Below are positions 10,826 to 20,002 of a stretch of 64,000 bases of DNA, piece by piece. Origin of the DNA: a virus (Duplodnaviria; Caudoviricetes); the IMG/VR virus record IMGVR_UViG_3300050821_001527, positions 138,883 to 202,882 of that record. One strand, given 5' to 3'. The stretch's first letter is position 1, and the number at the start of each line of letters is the position of its first letter. The translations under genes and the position numbers were made by a program. The notes beneath the pieces are model-generated. The model ran no database searches. It was not told where the DNA came from and saw only the letters and a list, made by a program, of their open reading frames with translations.

Positions 10826-11212
10826 ATGAGAGAGATAAGATTCCGCGTTTGGGACAAAAAGTATCAGCGATTCGTCAGCATCGAACCATTTGATACTGAC
10901 CTGAACGACACGTTCGCCAACGACTCTTTCATCTTCCAGCAATGGACTGGCCTGCAAGACAGGAATGGCAAGGATATTTACGAAGGCGACATAGTTAGTG
11001 TCTATGACCCGGACAACAAGTTCGTGGTATCTTTTGGGAAAACGGAAAGGCAAGTTCTTTCCTATGATGGGCACACGATATTGCCCATTGAAATCGTTGG
11101 GTTCTATTTCAAGGCTCTGGATAACGGTCAGCCTTACTATAGCATCACCAATAATACCTTGGGCGAACACGACCTTAAAGGCACAATAGTCGTAGGACAC
11201 GTTTTAAGCTAA
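10826..11212 (+). CDS. YopX family protein
   Basis: MREIRFRVWDKK...QWTGLQDRNGKDIYEGDIV. Confidence 0.9.
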   Translation: MREIRFRVWDKKYQRFVSIEPFDTDLNDTFANDSFIFQQWTGLQDRNGKDIYEGDIVSVYDPDNKFVVSFGKTERQVLSYDGHTILPIEIVGFYFKALDNGQPYYSITNNTLGEHDLKGTIVVGHVLS

Positions 11213-11218
11213 CACAAT

Positions 11219-12310
11219 ATGAACAACACCGACCAAGAATACTTCCGTCTCCTGCGCCTTATCCTCGATAATGGCCGCACGAAAGTCAATCGAACCGGCG
11301 TGGATACCATCGGCGTTTTCGGCGCACAGGCGCGTTTCAATCTCGCCGAAGGCTTCCCACTTCTAACTACCAAGAAAGTCTTTCTCAAGGCCATCATCCA
11401 CGAACTGCTCTGGTTCATCAAGGGCGACACGAATATCAAGTATCTGGTTGATAACGACGTTCACATTTGGGACGAGTGGGCCTACAAGCGTTTCTGCGAT
11501 GCTCAAAAAGGGACGGACGGAGTTATTACGAAAGCCCTTATTGACCAAAAGCAATTCATTCAGAATATCAAGGAATTTCCTGAATTTGCCGCTAGATGGG
11601 GCGACCTTGGAGAAGGCACCTACGGAGGCATGTGGAGGGCGTTTCCTTACTACCGCGAATACGATGACGGCGAGGATGGTTCCGACTGCGCTACTATACA
11701 ACGCGCCCATGAAACGATTGACCAACTCAAAAAAGTCGTGGATAAGCTGAAAACCAATCCCGATGACCGTCGCATGATTGTCAGCGCGTGGCATCCTTAC
11801 TGGGTTGACCATTGTGCCCTACCGCCGTGTCATTGTCTTTTCCACTTCAACACGGAAGAACTAACCGTCTCTGAGCGACTGGACGTGTATCACAAGGGAG
11901 GCTACAACTTGCTTCCGAAGTATCTTGGCGCGGACGATGCCACGGCGCACAAGAATCTGGATGATATTGGCGTTCCCAAACGCAGGCTTAACTGCTTGCT
12001 CTATCAACGCTCCTGTGACACGTTCTTAGGCGTTCCATTCAATATCGCCAGCTACGCGCTCTTGACGAGCATGATTGCCAAGGTGGTCAACATGGTTCCC
12101 GGCGAGTTTGTCCACACCTACGGCGACTTGCACATTTACAAGAACCATCTGGAACAGGTCAAGGAACAGCTTTCGCGCAAACCGTTCGACAAGCTTCCTA
12201 CCTTGAAACTGAACCCCGCCGTCACCGATTTATTTCAATATAAATACGAGGACATTTCAGTCATGGGATATGAATGTCATCCCGCCATCAAAGCCCCCAT
12301 CGCTGTCTAA
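11219..12310 (+). CDS. thyA: Thymidylate synthase
   Basis: [35 protein letters not shown]...PFNIASY, GDLHIY, IKAPIAV C-terminus. Confidence 0.97.
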   Translation: MNNTDQEYFRLLRLILDNGRTKVNRTGVDTIGVFGAQARFNLAEGFPLLTTKKVFLKAIIHELLWFIKGDTNIKYLVDNDVHIWDEWAYKRFCDAQKGTDGVITKALIDQKQFIQNIKEFPEFAARWGDLGEGTYGGMWRAFPYYREYDDGEDGSDCATIQRAHETIDQLKKVVDKLKTNPDDRRMIVSAWHPYWVDHCALPPCHCLFHFNTEELTVSERLDVYHKGGYNLLPKYLGADDATAHKNLDDIGVPKRRLNCLLYQRSCDTFLGVPFNIASYALLTSMIAKVVNMVPGEFVHTYGDLHIYKNHLEQVKEQLSRKPFDKLPTLKLNPAVTDLFQYKYEDISVMGYECHPAIKAPIAV

Positions 12311-12769
12311 TATGAAAACCAACGAACGTAAAGACGCGGAAGAAATCGTCAGAAGGCTGCGCGAGCGCAATCCCGCAGCTTTCAATGGACTCATAGACGA
12401 GAACATTACATTGGAGGACTTCGCTGAAATAGTCATTGTCCAATACAAGGCTTTCAACGCGGGAGCCAAAGAGTTGAGGCCCGACAAGAACGTAAAGGTT
12501 CCAGATTACGTTTGGTCAACCGAAGGCTACGACCCAAGCAGATTGCCAAAATGAAATTCGACCACGAACATTGCGATAAGTGCGAGAAAGTAACCCCGCA
12601 CTACAACGGGAAGTGCGGCCCCTGTGAAACGGCAGCGGGAAACAAGGCCCGCCGCCTGCACTTTGCTTCCCTAAAGGGCTTGACAGTTGAGGAAAGGCTT
12701 GATAGGATTGAAAAGTGGCAATACGAAATGCAAATCAGTCCCCCGTGGATTGAGCCAACCTACTAAACC

Positions 12770-12940
12770 ATGAACTACCGAAACGAAATACCTGCTGGAA
12801 TCCCCCGAAATAAGACCGAACTGCGAGAAATGCAAGCCGCCCAAGTCAAGACCCCTCCGCTTACGGCTGGATTGGTTATTTTGGGTGCGGCGTTCGTCAT
12901 TTTACTGGGCGTTTTGACGATTATCCACATGGTTCGCTAA
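12770..12940 (+). CDS. Small single-TM protein (absent from the ORF track)
   Basis: MNYRNEIP...LTAGLVILGAAFVILLGVLTIIHMVR*. Confidence 0.6.
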   Translation: MNYRNEIPAGIPRNKTELREMQAAQVKTPPLTAGLVILGAAFVILLGVLTIIHMVR

Positions 12941-12975
12941 TACGAATCAATAAAATTCAATAAATTGAAATAAAT

Positions 12976-13479
12976 ATGGCAACTTTTCGCGCAATCGTGG
13001 CAATGGGTGAAAATCGTGAAATCGGCGAGGGAGACAAGATTCCTTGGCGTCTCAAGGCCGATATGCAGCACTTTAAACGCACCACCATGAACGGCCATGT
13101 CCTTTTTGGCCGCAAGACGTTTGATTGCCTGCCCAATAAGACCCTCGTAAACCGCACCATTTGGGTTCTGACGCGCCGTAACCCTGACGGATGGACTAAG
13201 ACGACCAACCACGGTCTGACGCTCTCCTGCGCCACCAACGTCGTGGAATCGCTATCCCAGCTTCCCGACGGACAGGACTATTGGGTTTGTGGAGGTTCTC
13301 AAATCTATTCCCTGCTCTTGGACAAGCTGGACGAGGTAGTCTGCACCCATGTTTCGGGTAAATTTTCCCAAGCGGACGCCCACATGTCTGCATTCGAGCA
13401 TCTTTTCGCCCGAAAAGACATCTTGACTACCGGCGAAGGATACAGTATCGTCAGGTATTATGATAAGATTACTGGTTAG
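12976..13479 (+). CDS. folA: Dihydrofolate reductase
   Basis: IVAMGENREIG...IPW.LKADMQHFKRTT...GRKTFDCLP...L.NR...GGSQIY. Confidence 0.93.
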   Translation: MATFRAIVAMGENREIGEGDKIPWRLKADMQHFKRTTMNGHVLFGRKTFDCLPNKTLVNRTIWVLTRRNPDGWTKTTNHGLTLSCATNVVESLSQLPDGQDYWVCGGSQIYSLLLDKLDEVVCTHVSGKFSQADAHMSAFEHLFARKDILTTGEGYSIVRYYDKITG

Positions 13480-13618
13480 AATTTTCTGCGCTTTAGTTTT
13501 TGGGAAGCAGCCCCATTTTCATACGTGGGGCAAATGGGAAACTGAATGCCGCAGCACTTGGTCAAGACAGCATCGCCAATGTCGCACCTGTGGCAAGGAA
13601 CAATCTAGGATATTTTAA
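13460..13618 (+). CDS. Small HxWxxW...CxxCG protein (DUF1660-like), absent from the ORF track
   Basis: MIRLLVRIFCALVFGKQPHFHTWGKWETECRSTWSRQHRQCRTCGKEQSRIF*. Confidence 0.65.
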   Translation: MIRLLVRIFCALVFGKQPHFHTWGKWETECRSTWSRQHRQCRTCGKEQSRIF

Positions 13619-13740
13619 GTGTTGAAGATGGCCCTGCCGATGCCTTTGACGAAGAACCAAAGGTTATTCCAGCGCAGGACGAGAATGCTCAATAGGAAGC
13701 ATTGAACATTGAGTAGCAAACTTTCGAGACGTTCGTTCAC
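13615..13740 (-). CDS. 41-aa hydrophobic peptide divergent from the MunI-like gene
   Basis: GTG start 7 nt after GTGTAAT on the - strand; (M)NERLESLLLNVQCFLLSILVLRWNNLWFFVKGIGRAIFNT*; fills the intergenic gap exactly. Confidence 0.5.
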   Translation of the reverse strand: MNERLESLLLNVQCFLLSILVLRWNNLWFFVKGIGRAIFNT

Positions 13741-13754
13741 TTATTATATTACAC

Positions 13755-14345
13755 ATGGATGGCCTGAAAAACAGAACTGGTTGGCAGAATGCCAGCAGCC
13801 TCAAAGCTTCCGCGACTGAAAGCAGCTTCGCACAGGCCATGAGCGCGGCTTTCGTGGGAACGGATTTTCGTTTGAGGCATAAGCCAAGGGAGTTCCGAAA
13901 CATCTATCTACAAATTCCCTTGGATGCAGCCATCGCCGCCTCCATTTATCAGCCGATTAAGCCTTACAAGCACGGTGTTATTCCCGACTATGCCATTGAC
14001 AACATTGTCACTGGGAAAACGCTCTACGTCGAAGTCAAACGTCAGGATGGCTGGGTGGAGGGAAAGACCAGTTCGGCAGGGAGAGGAAACGCCCATGAAA
14101 GGTCTTGTAAATTCTTTACGCCCGGATTGCTGCAAATTTTAAGGGCCAAAGGGAAGCTGGATGATTCAGTTTTGCCGTTTTGGGCCGTATATCAGGGAGA
14201 TATTGCGCGTGACCCGAAGCGTGTCCGTGAAATCCATTGCTGGTTCAGCGGGTATTCCAACCACTTCTTTCTGTGGCAGGACATAAATATCTCGCATCCT
14301 TTAGTTACCCATTTTCAAACCAAACTGAAACAAATCCTCGAATGA
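13755..14345 (+). CDS. MunI-like type II restriction endonuclease (orphan; no methyltransferase in the window)
   Basis: PDYAIDN...YVEVKRQDGWVEGK.SAGRGNAHERSCK.FTPGL...PFW.V.QGDI.RDPKRVREI matches MunI as I recall it; the PD..(D/E)xK centre is intact. Confidence 0.88.
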   Translation: MDGLKNRTGWQNASSLKASATESSFAQAMSAAFVGTDFRLRHKPREFRNIYLQIPLDAAIAASIYQPIKPYKHGVIPDYAIDNIVTGKTLYVEVKRQDGWVEGKTSSAGRGNAHERSCKFFTPGLLQILRAKGKLDDSVLPFWAVYQGDIARDPKRVREIHCWFSGYSNHFFLWQDINISHPLVTHFQTKLKQILE

Positions 14346-15916
14346 ATCCCATCCCTCTAATCCCGTTCGACAAACCCGAGTGGCGCGTGGTCAAAGAAAA
14401 GCACGTCCGCTACAAGATTGTCAACTACAAGAAATATTACCAGCGTTCGCCCGGAACACCGCGCAACGGCAAGACGATTTTCGTTTATGACTTCGGTGAC
14501 GGGTTGAACGTCATTCGCATGAGCTATTCCGCCTCCAAGGGTGCAACCGGAGTGGAATTCGCCCGCCAAGGAGCCGACACGTTTCGTTTGCGTGTCAGGA
14601 ACGGCAGGCTGGTCATTTGGAAAACCCAACTTACCCCGGACAGGGGCCGCATCGTCCGCAATGTTTCCAACCGCATTGACGACCTGAAAAGAATTTTGCT
14701 GAACTTTGGCAATAAGAATACCTATTCCAAACCTTTCCAGAAGCCTGAACCAAAGCCTAAGCAGGAACAGTCCGATGAAATCCCCCTGAGCCACAGAATC
14801 TCCGAGCTTATGGACAGTAGTAGCGACTGGCCAGAAGTTACGAAAACCCAAGTGCGTGTGATTAAGTCTGTAAACGCACGTCTGAACAAGATTTTGATTC
14901 ACTTCCTCAAGCGTCACGGAATCAAGTTCAAATACGGCAGGGACTTCTTCGAGAATCTGCGTGTCGCCTGCTATCCCTTCACGGAAGGTTTCGCCCTCAA
15001 GAGCAATTCGCTCAACGCGGTTTACTCGCGCCATTTTATTCACGGGGACATTAAGCATGTAGTCAAGAAATGCTTCGGCACGGACGGCGGAAAGCTTACC
15101 CGCATGGTCTGCGAACGAATCCGTAAAGACCAAAACTTCGATGTTCTGTGTCTAGGCGCGGTCATCAAGGGACTCATGCCCGTGGATTATGTCTATCAGG
15201 CTTTGGAGAAGGCCAACGTCACCAAAATCAAGGACGTTGACAAAAATCGAGTAGGCGTCAAATTGAACGTCGTCAGGGCATTACTCAAGAACTACAACGC
15301 CTCCCGCGTTTTGAAGCTCGTTCTCGACGAGAATTTCGGAGAATGGTATTTCAACGACTCCATCATCATTTACGGCCAGCGTAAAGCCGAGCCTGACTTC
15401 CAGATTATCGAAAAGCCGAAAAGCTGGCAGGAAATACACGACTATCTCGCGCCCCGCCGTCTAGCAGCTTCCGTCAAGACCGAAGAAATGGAACTGCCCG
15501 TCTCGCCGAAATACAAGGAGATAGACGGATTGGAATACGAAGGATTCAAGATAGAAGTCCCCAAGCACACGAACGACCTTGTTTCCTACGCCAACCAGAT
15601 GCAGAACTGTATTCGCTGGTATGGCTCACAGGTAGTCGCCAAGCAATGCAACATCCTTGGTATCTACAAGGAGGATAAGCTGGTTTACAACATTTCGATT
15701 CGCAGCAAGGTCATTGACCAGTTCAGGGGTAAGTGTAATTCCGAACCAGACCCGGAGGATAAGTCAAAGATTCTCAAGGCTCTCTTGGAGAAGGGAATCA
15801 TTTCCTCGCTACCCGACGACAGACGAGACTCTTTGGCTCTGGCCCGCGCAGTTATCGCCCCGCCCGTCCCGGTTCCCCTTGTAGTGGCAAACGACGACGG
15901 AGGCGTTCCATTCTAA
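14342..15916 (+). CDS. Large protein with a C-terminal PcfJ-like domain
   Basis: IEVPKHTNDLVSYANQMQNCIRWY...IDQFRGKCN signature; W.E.HD motif. Confidence 0.7.
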   Translation: MNPIPLIPFDKPEWRVVKEKHVRYKIVNYKKYYQRSPGTPRNGKTIFVYDFGDGLNVIRMSYSASKGATGVEFARQGADTFRLRVRNGRLVIWKTQLTPDRGRIVRNVSNRIDDLKRILLNFGNKNTYSKPFQKPEPKPKQEQSDEIPLSHRISELMDSSSDWPEVTKTQVRVIKSVNARLNKILIHFLKRHGIKFKYGRDFFENLRVACYPFTEGFALKSNSLNAVYSRHFIHGDIKHVVKKCFGTDGGKLTRMVCERIRKDQNFDVLCLGAVIKGLMPVDYVYQALEKANVTKIKDVDKNRVGVKLNVVRALLKNYNASRVLKLVLDENFGEWYFNDSIIIYGQRKAEPDFQIIEKPKSWQEIHDYLAPRRLAASVKTEEMELPVSPKYKEIDGLEYEGFKIEVPKHTNDLVSYANQMQNCIRWYGSQVVAKQCNILGIYKEDKLVYNISIRSKVIDQFRGKCNSEPDPEDKSKILKALLEKGIISSLPDDRRDSLALARAVIAPPVPVPLVVANDDGGVPF

Positions 15917-16383
15917 TGCAAAACAAAACATTCGGTTTCCAAACCCAAATGGCGATAGGCGACAAGGGAGAGCAGGACTTCAAACAATACTACGCTCATC
16001 TAGGCCCGGTCAAAAGCGAGGATAGGGCGATTGACTTCATTCTGGCCGATGGCACGACTGTCGAACTAAAATCCGACAGCTACCCGATGGAAAAGACCGA
16101 GAACTTTTTCATGGAAACTTTGAGCGATACCAAGTCCGGCAAGCTTGGGGGTGTCTTTAGGGCAAGGAATGATAAAATTCATTTTTTTGTATATTATTAC
16201 CCCGCCAACAAGACGTTCTTCTGGTTCGAGGTTGAAAAACTTTGTGCCGAAGTCGAAAGGCTGATTGGCACCGGAAAATACAGGGTCAAGTCCATCAAAA
16301 ACAGGTCATGGACTACCGAGGGTTACGCCCTGTCCCGCAGCCTGTTCGAGAAGGTCATGCTGAGAAAAGACGTTTTTCCTTGA
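15916..16383 (+). CDS. Putative PD-(D/E)xK nuclease
   Basis: GDKGEQ...IDFILADGTTVELKSD. Confidence 0.55.
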   Translation: MQNKTFGFQTQMAIGDKGEQDFKQYYAHLGPVKSEDRAIDFILADGTTVELKSDSYPMEKTENFFMETLSDTKSGKLGGVFRARNDKIHFFVYYYPANKTFFWFEVEKLCAEVERLIGTGKYRVKSIKNRSWTTEGYALSRSLFEKVMLRKDVFP

Positions 16384-16414
16384 CTTTAGGCGTAAATACT
16401 GTCAATATCAGTAA

Positions 16415-17584
16415 ATGAAAATCTACGCCGAAAACACTCGCGTCCCAATCAAGTCTTGGTGTGAAAACCCGGAAGCCGGGGCTATCAAGCAGGCCGAGAA
16501 CATGGCCAACCTGCCATTCACTTTCAGACACGTCGCCCTCATGCCCGACACCCATCAAGGCTTTGGTATGCCTATCGGTGGAGTTCTGGCTACCGATAAC
16601 GTCATCATTCCGAACGCTGTCGGAGTTGACATTGGGTGCGGTATGTGTTCCATCGAATCCAACATCCAAACTTGGGACAGGGAACTGTTGACGGAAGCCA
16701 TCAAGGAAATCCGCTACAACGTTCCTGTCGGATTCAGCCGCCATCTTACCGCGAAGCCTGTGGACAAGCTGCCCGCCAGCACGTCCCCGAACGCCTACTA
16801 TGAGAAGTTCCTTGAGCCGTCCCTGTTCCAACTCGGAACCTTGGGCGGCGGGAATCACTTCATCGAATTACAGAAGAACCCGAACGGAAATCTGTGCGTG
16901 ATGATTCACTCTGGTAGCCGCAACATCGGGAAGCAGGTTGCCGACTATTACAACAAGCTCGCCCTCGCTCTGAACCAGCGTTATTTCAGTCAGGTCACGA
17001 AGGAAACCGACTTGGCGTTCCTGCCGCTTGACTCTGCCGAGGGTCAGGCTTACTTGGCGGAAATGACTTACTGTGTCGCGTTTGCCTTGGCGAACCGCAT
17101 GGAAATGATGAACGCTTGCCAGCAAGCCATCTACAAGGTTTTCAAGCCTTTGCAACAGGTCGAGTTCACGAACTTCATCAACATTCCGCACAATTATGCG
17201 AAGGTTGAAAAGCACTTCGGCAAGGAAGTCGTCGTCCACCGCAAGGGCGCGACGAATGCCAGCGAGGGCGTCATTGGGCTAATCCCCGGCTCGCAGGGCA
17301 CCAAGAGCTACGTGGTGCGCGGCAAGGGTAATCGTGAGAGCTTCGAGAGTTGCTCCCACGGCGCAGGCCGCAAGATGGGCCGCATGGTCGCCAAACGCAC
17401 TCTGAACATCGAAGACGAGCAACGCAAGCTGGACGAACTTGGAGTCATTCATGCCGTCCGCGCCAACTCTGACTTGGACGAGGCTCCGGGTTCCTATAAG
17501 GACATTGACGTGGTTATGAGCGAGCAAACCGACCTGATTGACGTTATCGAAGAACGCACTCCTTTGGGAGTCGTGAAGGGGTAA
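16415..17584 (+). CDS. rtcB: RtcB RNA 2',3'-cyclic phosphate ligase
   Basis: MPDTHQG.GMPIG, VGVDIGCG, GTLGGGNHFIE, IHSGSR, HN, VHRKGA, IPGSQG, CSHGAGR, DEAPGSYKDI. Confidence 0.97.
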   Translation: MKIYAENTRVPIKSWCENPEAGAIKQAENMANLPFTFRHVALMPDTHQGFGMPIGGVLATDNVIIPNAVGVDIGCGMCSIESNIQTWDRELLTEAIKEIRYNVPVGFSRHLTAKPVDKLPASTSPNAYYEKFLEPSLFQLGTLGGGNHFIELQKNPNGNLCVMIHSGSRNIGKQVADYYNKLALALNQRYFSQVTKETDLAFLPLDSAEGQAYLAEMTYCVAFALANRMEMMNACQQAIYKVFKPLQQVEFTNFINIPHNYAKVEKHFGKEVVVHRKGATNASEGVIGLIPGSQGTKSYVVRGKGNRESFESCSHGAGRKMGRMVAKRTLNIEDEQRKLDELGVIHAVRANSDLDEAPGSYKDIDVVMSEQTDLIDVIEERTPLGVVKG

Positions 17585-17941
17585 GGGGGCTATCCCCCAT
17601 TTACGTTATGGGCTAATCGTGCTATGATGGAGTATGAAGTCAAAAATGAAAAAATTAGTCCATCAATGTTCAGCCGCAATATACGCGGCGACCAGCATTA
17701 AACCCGAGTTCACTGAACTTGGGGAGTTCGTGTTATGGCAAATCGCGGTGGGTGTCGGCGATAAGGAGTCTTATCTCGACGCCCCGCGACCATGCCACAA
17801 AGACAGATAAATATGAGCAGACGATACAAGCAAGACGACGATACGACCCTGATGGGGATTGGGATGTTTTTCTTGTTCGTGGTTATCTCCTGAGTAGAAA
17901 CCCTTGACACCAACCGAAAGCTGGGCTATTATTATAGAACG

Positions 17942-18361
17942 ATGAAAATACAGCAAAAATCTCCCCCTCCCGAAAAGCGAATTCTCGACAGCGGTTCCCG
18001 CCAGCAGTTTAAAACCGGCTCAGTCCGTGACACTTCCGAGGGTAAGGGGCGATTCGATTTGCTCCCGTTTTACGCTCTTTTGAAGGTCGCGCAGCACTTT
18101 GAGGAAGGTGCGAAGAAATACGCGGAAGACAACTGGCGCAAGGGCCAGCCCGCTTCCCGCCTGTTTGATAGCTGCCAACGTCATTTGGCGAAATACGCAA
18201 TGGGGTTCGAGGACGAGCCGCATTTGACCGCTGCCGCGTGGAATCTGCTTGCGCTTATCGAAACGCTCAAGCGAGTTGAGCTTGGTCAACTTCCGGCTGA
18301 ACTAAACGATTTCCCGCGTGTCAAGATGGAATTTGACACCAAAGAGGACAAGAAAATCTAA
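17942..18361 (+). CDS. dATP/dGTP diphosphohydrolase (DUF5664-like)
   Basis: GSVRD..EGKGRFDLLP...GAKKY..DNWRKG...RHL...HLTAAAWNL. Confidence 0.85.
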   Translation: MKIQQKSPPPEKRILDSGSRQQFKTGSVRDTSEGKGRFDLLPFYALLKVAQHFEEGAKKYAEDNWRKGQPASRLFDSCQRHLAKYAMGFEDEPHLTAAAWNLLALIETLKRVELGQLPAELNDFPRVKMEFDTKEDKKI

Positions 18362-18576
18362 TGGAAAAGCATGGTTTAATGGCGCGATACCCGAGGGACA
18401 CAGGACACCACTCTTGGGCGAGCCGTGACTATGAGGATGTGGATTGCAAGGCGGTTGGATGCCTTTTCAATCTACAAGAGAAATGTTCCGTTCCGTCCAG
18501 ATGCAAGATAAATAGCGAAGGAAGATGCGAGGGATTTATGGCGCGTCCGACGCCCAAAAAAATTGACGGAGATTAA
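18361..18576 (+). CDS. Small Cys-rich protein (DUF1540-like)
   Basis: CKAVGCLFN..KC...C.I...G.CEGF. Confidence 0.5.
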   Translation: MEKHGLMARYPRDTGHHSWASRDYEDVDCKAVGCLFNLQEKCSVPSRCKINSEGRCEGFMARPTPKKIDGD

Positions 18577-18577
18577 C

Positions 18578-18742
18578 ATGCCCAAGACACAAGAACGTCC
18601 CAGTAAGAAAAAGGTGGAGAAATCCAGCCAACCCAAATCCGCGCCCGCAACGGAGCGCACGTCTCCGCGTCATTTGGGGTTTGGGCTTTACGATACGAGT
18701 GGCGGGCATTTAGGCTTTGGACTCTACAAGGTGGACAGATAA
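18578..18742 (+). CDS. 54-aa basic peptide with a duplicated HLGFGLY motif
   Basis: ...RHLGFGLYDTSGGHLGFGLYKVDR*. Confidence 0.5.
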   Translation: MPKTQERPSKKKVEKSSQPKSAPATERTSPRHLGFGLYDTSGGHLGFGLYKVDR

Positions 18743-18743
18743 C

Positions 18744-19376
18744 ATGACAGACCGAGAACGCATCCTTTCAGCCGTGGTTTCCGAACTGGCAACGACACAA
18801 CTTTTGTGTCGTGGCGGGTATTCGGAGCAGGATTTTAAGGGGCGTGGCTTGGGTGATACAGATGCTCCTTACGTTCATTTTGCGTATTATCGTGAGCCTG
18901 TCGCGGGTGATTTGGTCTTAGCTAAGACCGGCCATAACAGCGAGTGGAAAATTGGCTGGTATGTTCGCCGTCTTGATGCAGCTTTGGGTGGAGCAGTTAT
19001 CCGCGAAATTGGTTCTGAAAGACTTTGTAACTACAGTAACGAGGGATTTGTCCCTATCGTTGGCATGTATAAGTCGGAAATACTGGAAGGGTTGCAATAT
19101 AAGATTTCCAGACTCGTTCAGATGGCCTTTAAGAAGGGTGACGAATATTCCTACAGGTTTGCGGGAGTAGAATTCGTTGAAGGAAATAAGGCGATTATTT
19201 GGGTGCGTGAAGTTTGGGGCGGTTTATCCAAGCCTTCAAAACCGTTCTCAATCGAACTGATTTACGACAAGAAGACGACTATCAAGAAGATTCTGGAAGT
19301 CCTCCGCGCTGGCGGATACGGAACAAGAAAATTCGAGTTGGTGAATCCCGACCCGTCCCCAAATTTAATTCAATAA
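18744..19376 (+). CDS. Hypothetical protein
   Basis: About 210-aa ORF. Confidence 0.7.
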   Translation: MTDRERILSAVVSELATTQLLCRGGYSEQDFKGRGLGDTDAPYVHFAYYREPVAGDLVLAKTGHNSEWKIGWYVRRLDAALGGAVIREIGSERLCNYSNEGFVPIVGMYKSEILEGLQYKISRLVQMAFKKGDEYSYRFAGVEFVEGNKAIIWVREVWGGLSKPSKPFSIELIYDKKTTIKKILEVLRAGGYGTRKFELVNPDPSPNLIQ

Positions 19377-19378
19377 AT

Positions 19379-19999
19379 ATGAGAATGCAAACAGTAAGAT
19401 ACAAGGCGTTTAATCCCGAGCTTCCCGTCATCGCCCCCAAGCGTGGGACTGCGAGTGCTGCCGGTTATGATTTGACCTACGTGGGCTATCCGGTCATTCT
19501 TGAACCGGGCAAGCGTTATGCCTTTCCCACGAATCTCATTCTTGAAATACCTGAGTCGTTTTACGGACGCATCGCCCCTCGTTCCGGCCTCGCCTTCAAA
19601 CAGGGCATTGATGTTCTCGCCGGGGTCATAGACTCTGACTACAGGGGCGAAGTCAAGGTAATCCTCGTTAATTTGGGGGACAAGTCAGCTTCGTTTTTGA
19701 ACGGGGACAAGATTGCTCAAATAATCTTTGAGCGTTATTACGACTTCGTGGTTGAGCCTGCCGACCAGCTTGAGGAATCCGAGCGCGGCGAAGGCGGTTT
19801 CGGAAGCACCGACAAGAAAAGCAAGGTAGAGTTACTCTGCAAAATCTGCGGAGGCTCATGGGATAAAGCGCACAGTGATACGGTGGGGTGTCCTGTCAAG
19901 AATGAGGAAGTAGTCTGCGCGACTTGCGGGGCACCCCCGGCATTTCCTACGGCTGTCAAAACGCCTTATTACTGCTCGTCTTGTCAAGGAATGGCCTAA
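19379..19999 (+). CDS. dut: Trimeric dUTPase with a C-terminal Cys-rich extension
   Basis: AAGYDL, PRSGL, GVIDSDYRGE, KIAQ, RGEGGFGST, then CxxC...CxxC...CxxC. Confidence 0.93.
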   Translation: MRMQTVRYKAFNPELPVIAPKRGTASAAGYDLTYVGYPVILEPGKRYAFPTNLILEIPESFYGRIAPRSGLAFKQGIDVLAGVIDSDYRGEVKVILVNLGDKSASFLNGDKIAQIIFERYYDFVVEPADQLEESERGEGGFGSTDKKSKVELLCKICGGSWDKAHSDTVGCPVKNEEVVCATCGAPPAFPTAVKTPYYCSSCQGMA

Positions 20000-20002
20000 T
20001 TT

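Noticed and set aside
11219-12310. ThyA homologue acting as a dCMP/dUMP hydroxymethylase (modified base)
   Set aside because: It retains the dUMP-specifying Asn (PFNIASY) and the canonical C-terminus, and lies near DHFR, as expected for an ordinary ThyA.
19214-19378. N-terminal extension of the dUTPase
   Set aside because: It overlaps the upstream ORF from a TTG start. The ATG at 19379 follows the junction motif and fits the normal dUTPase length.
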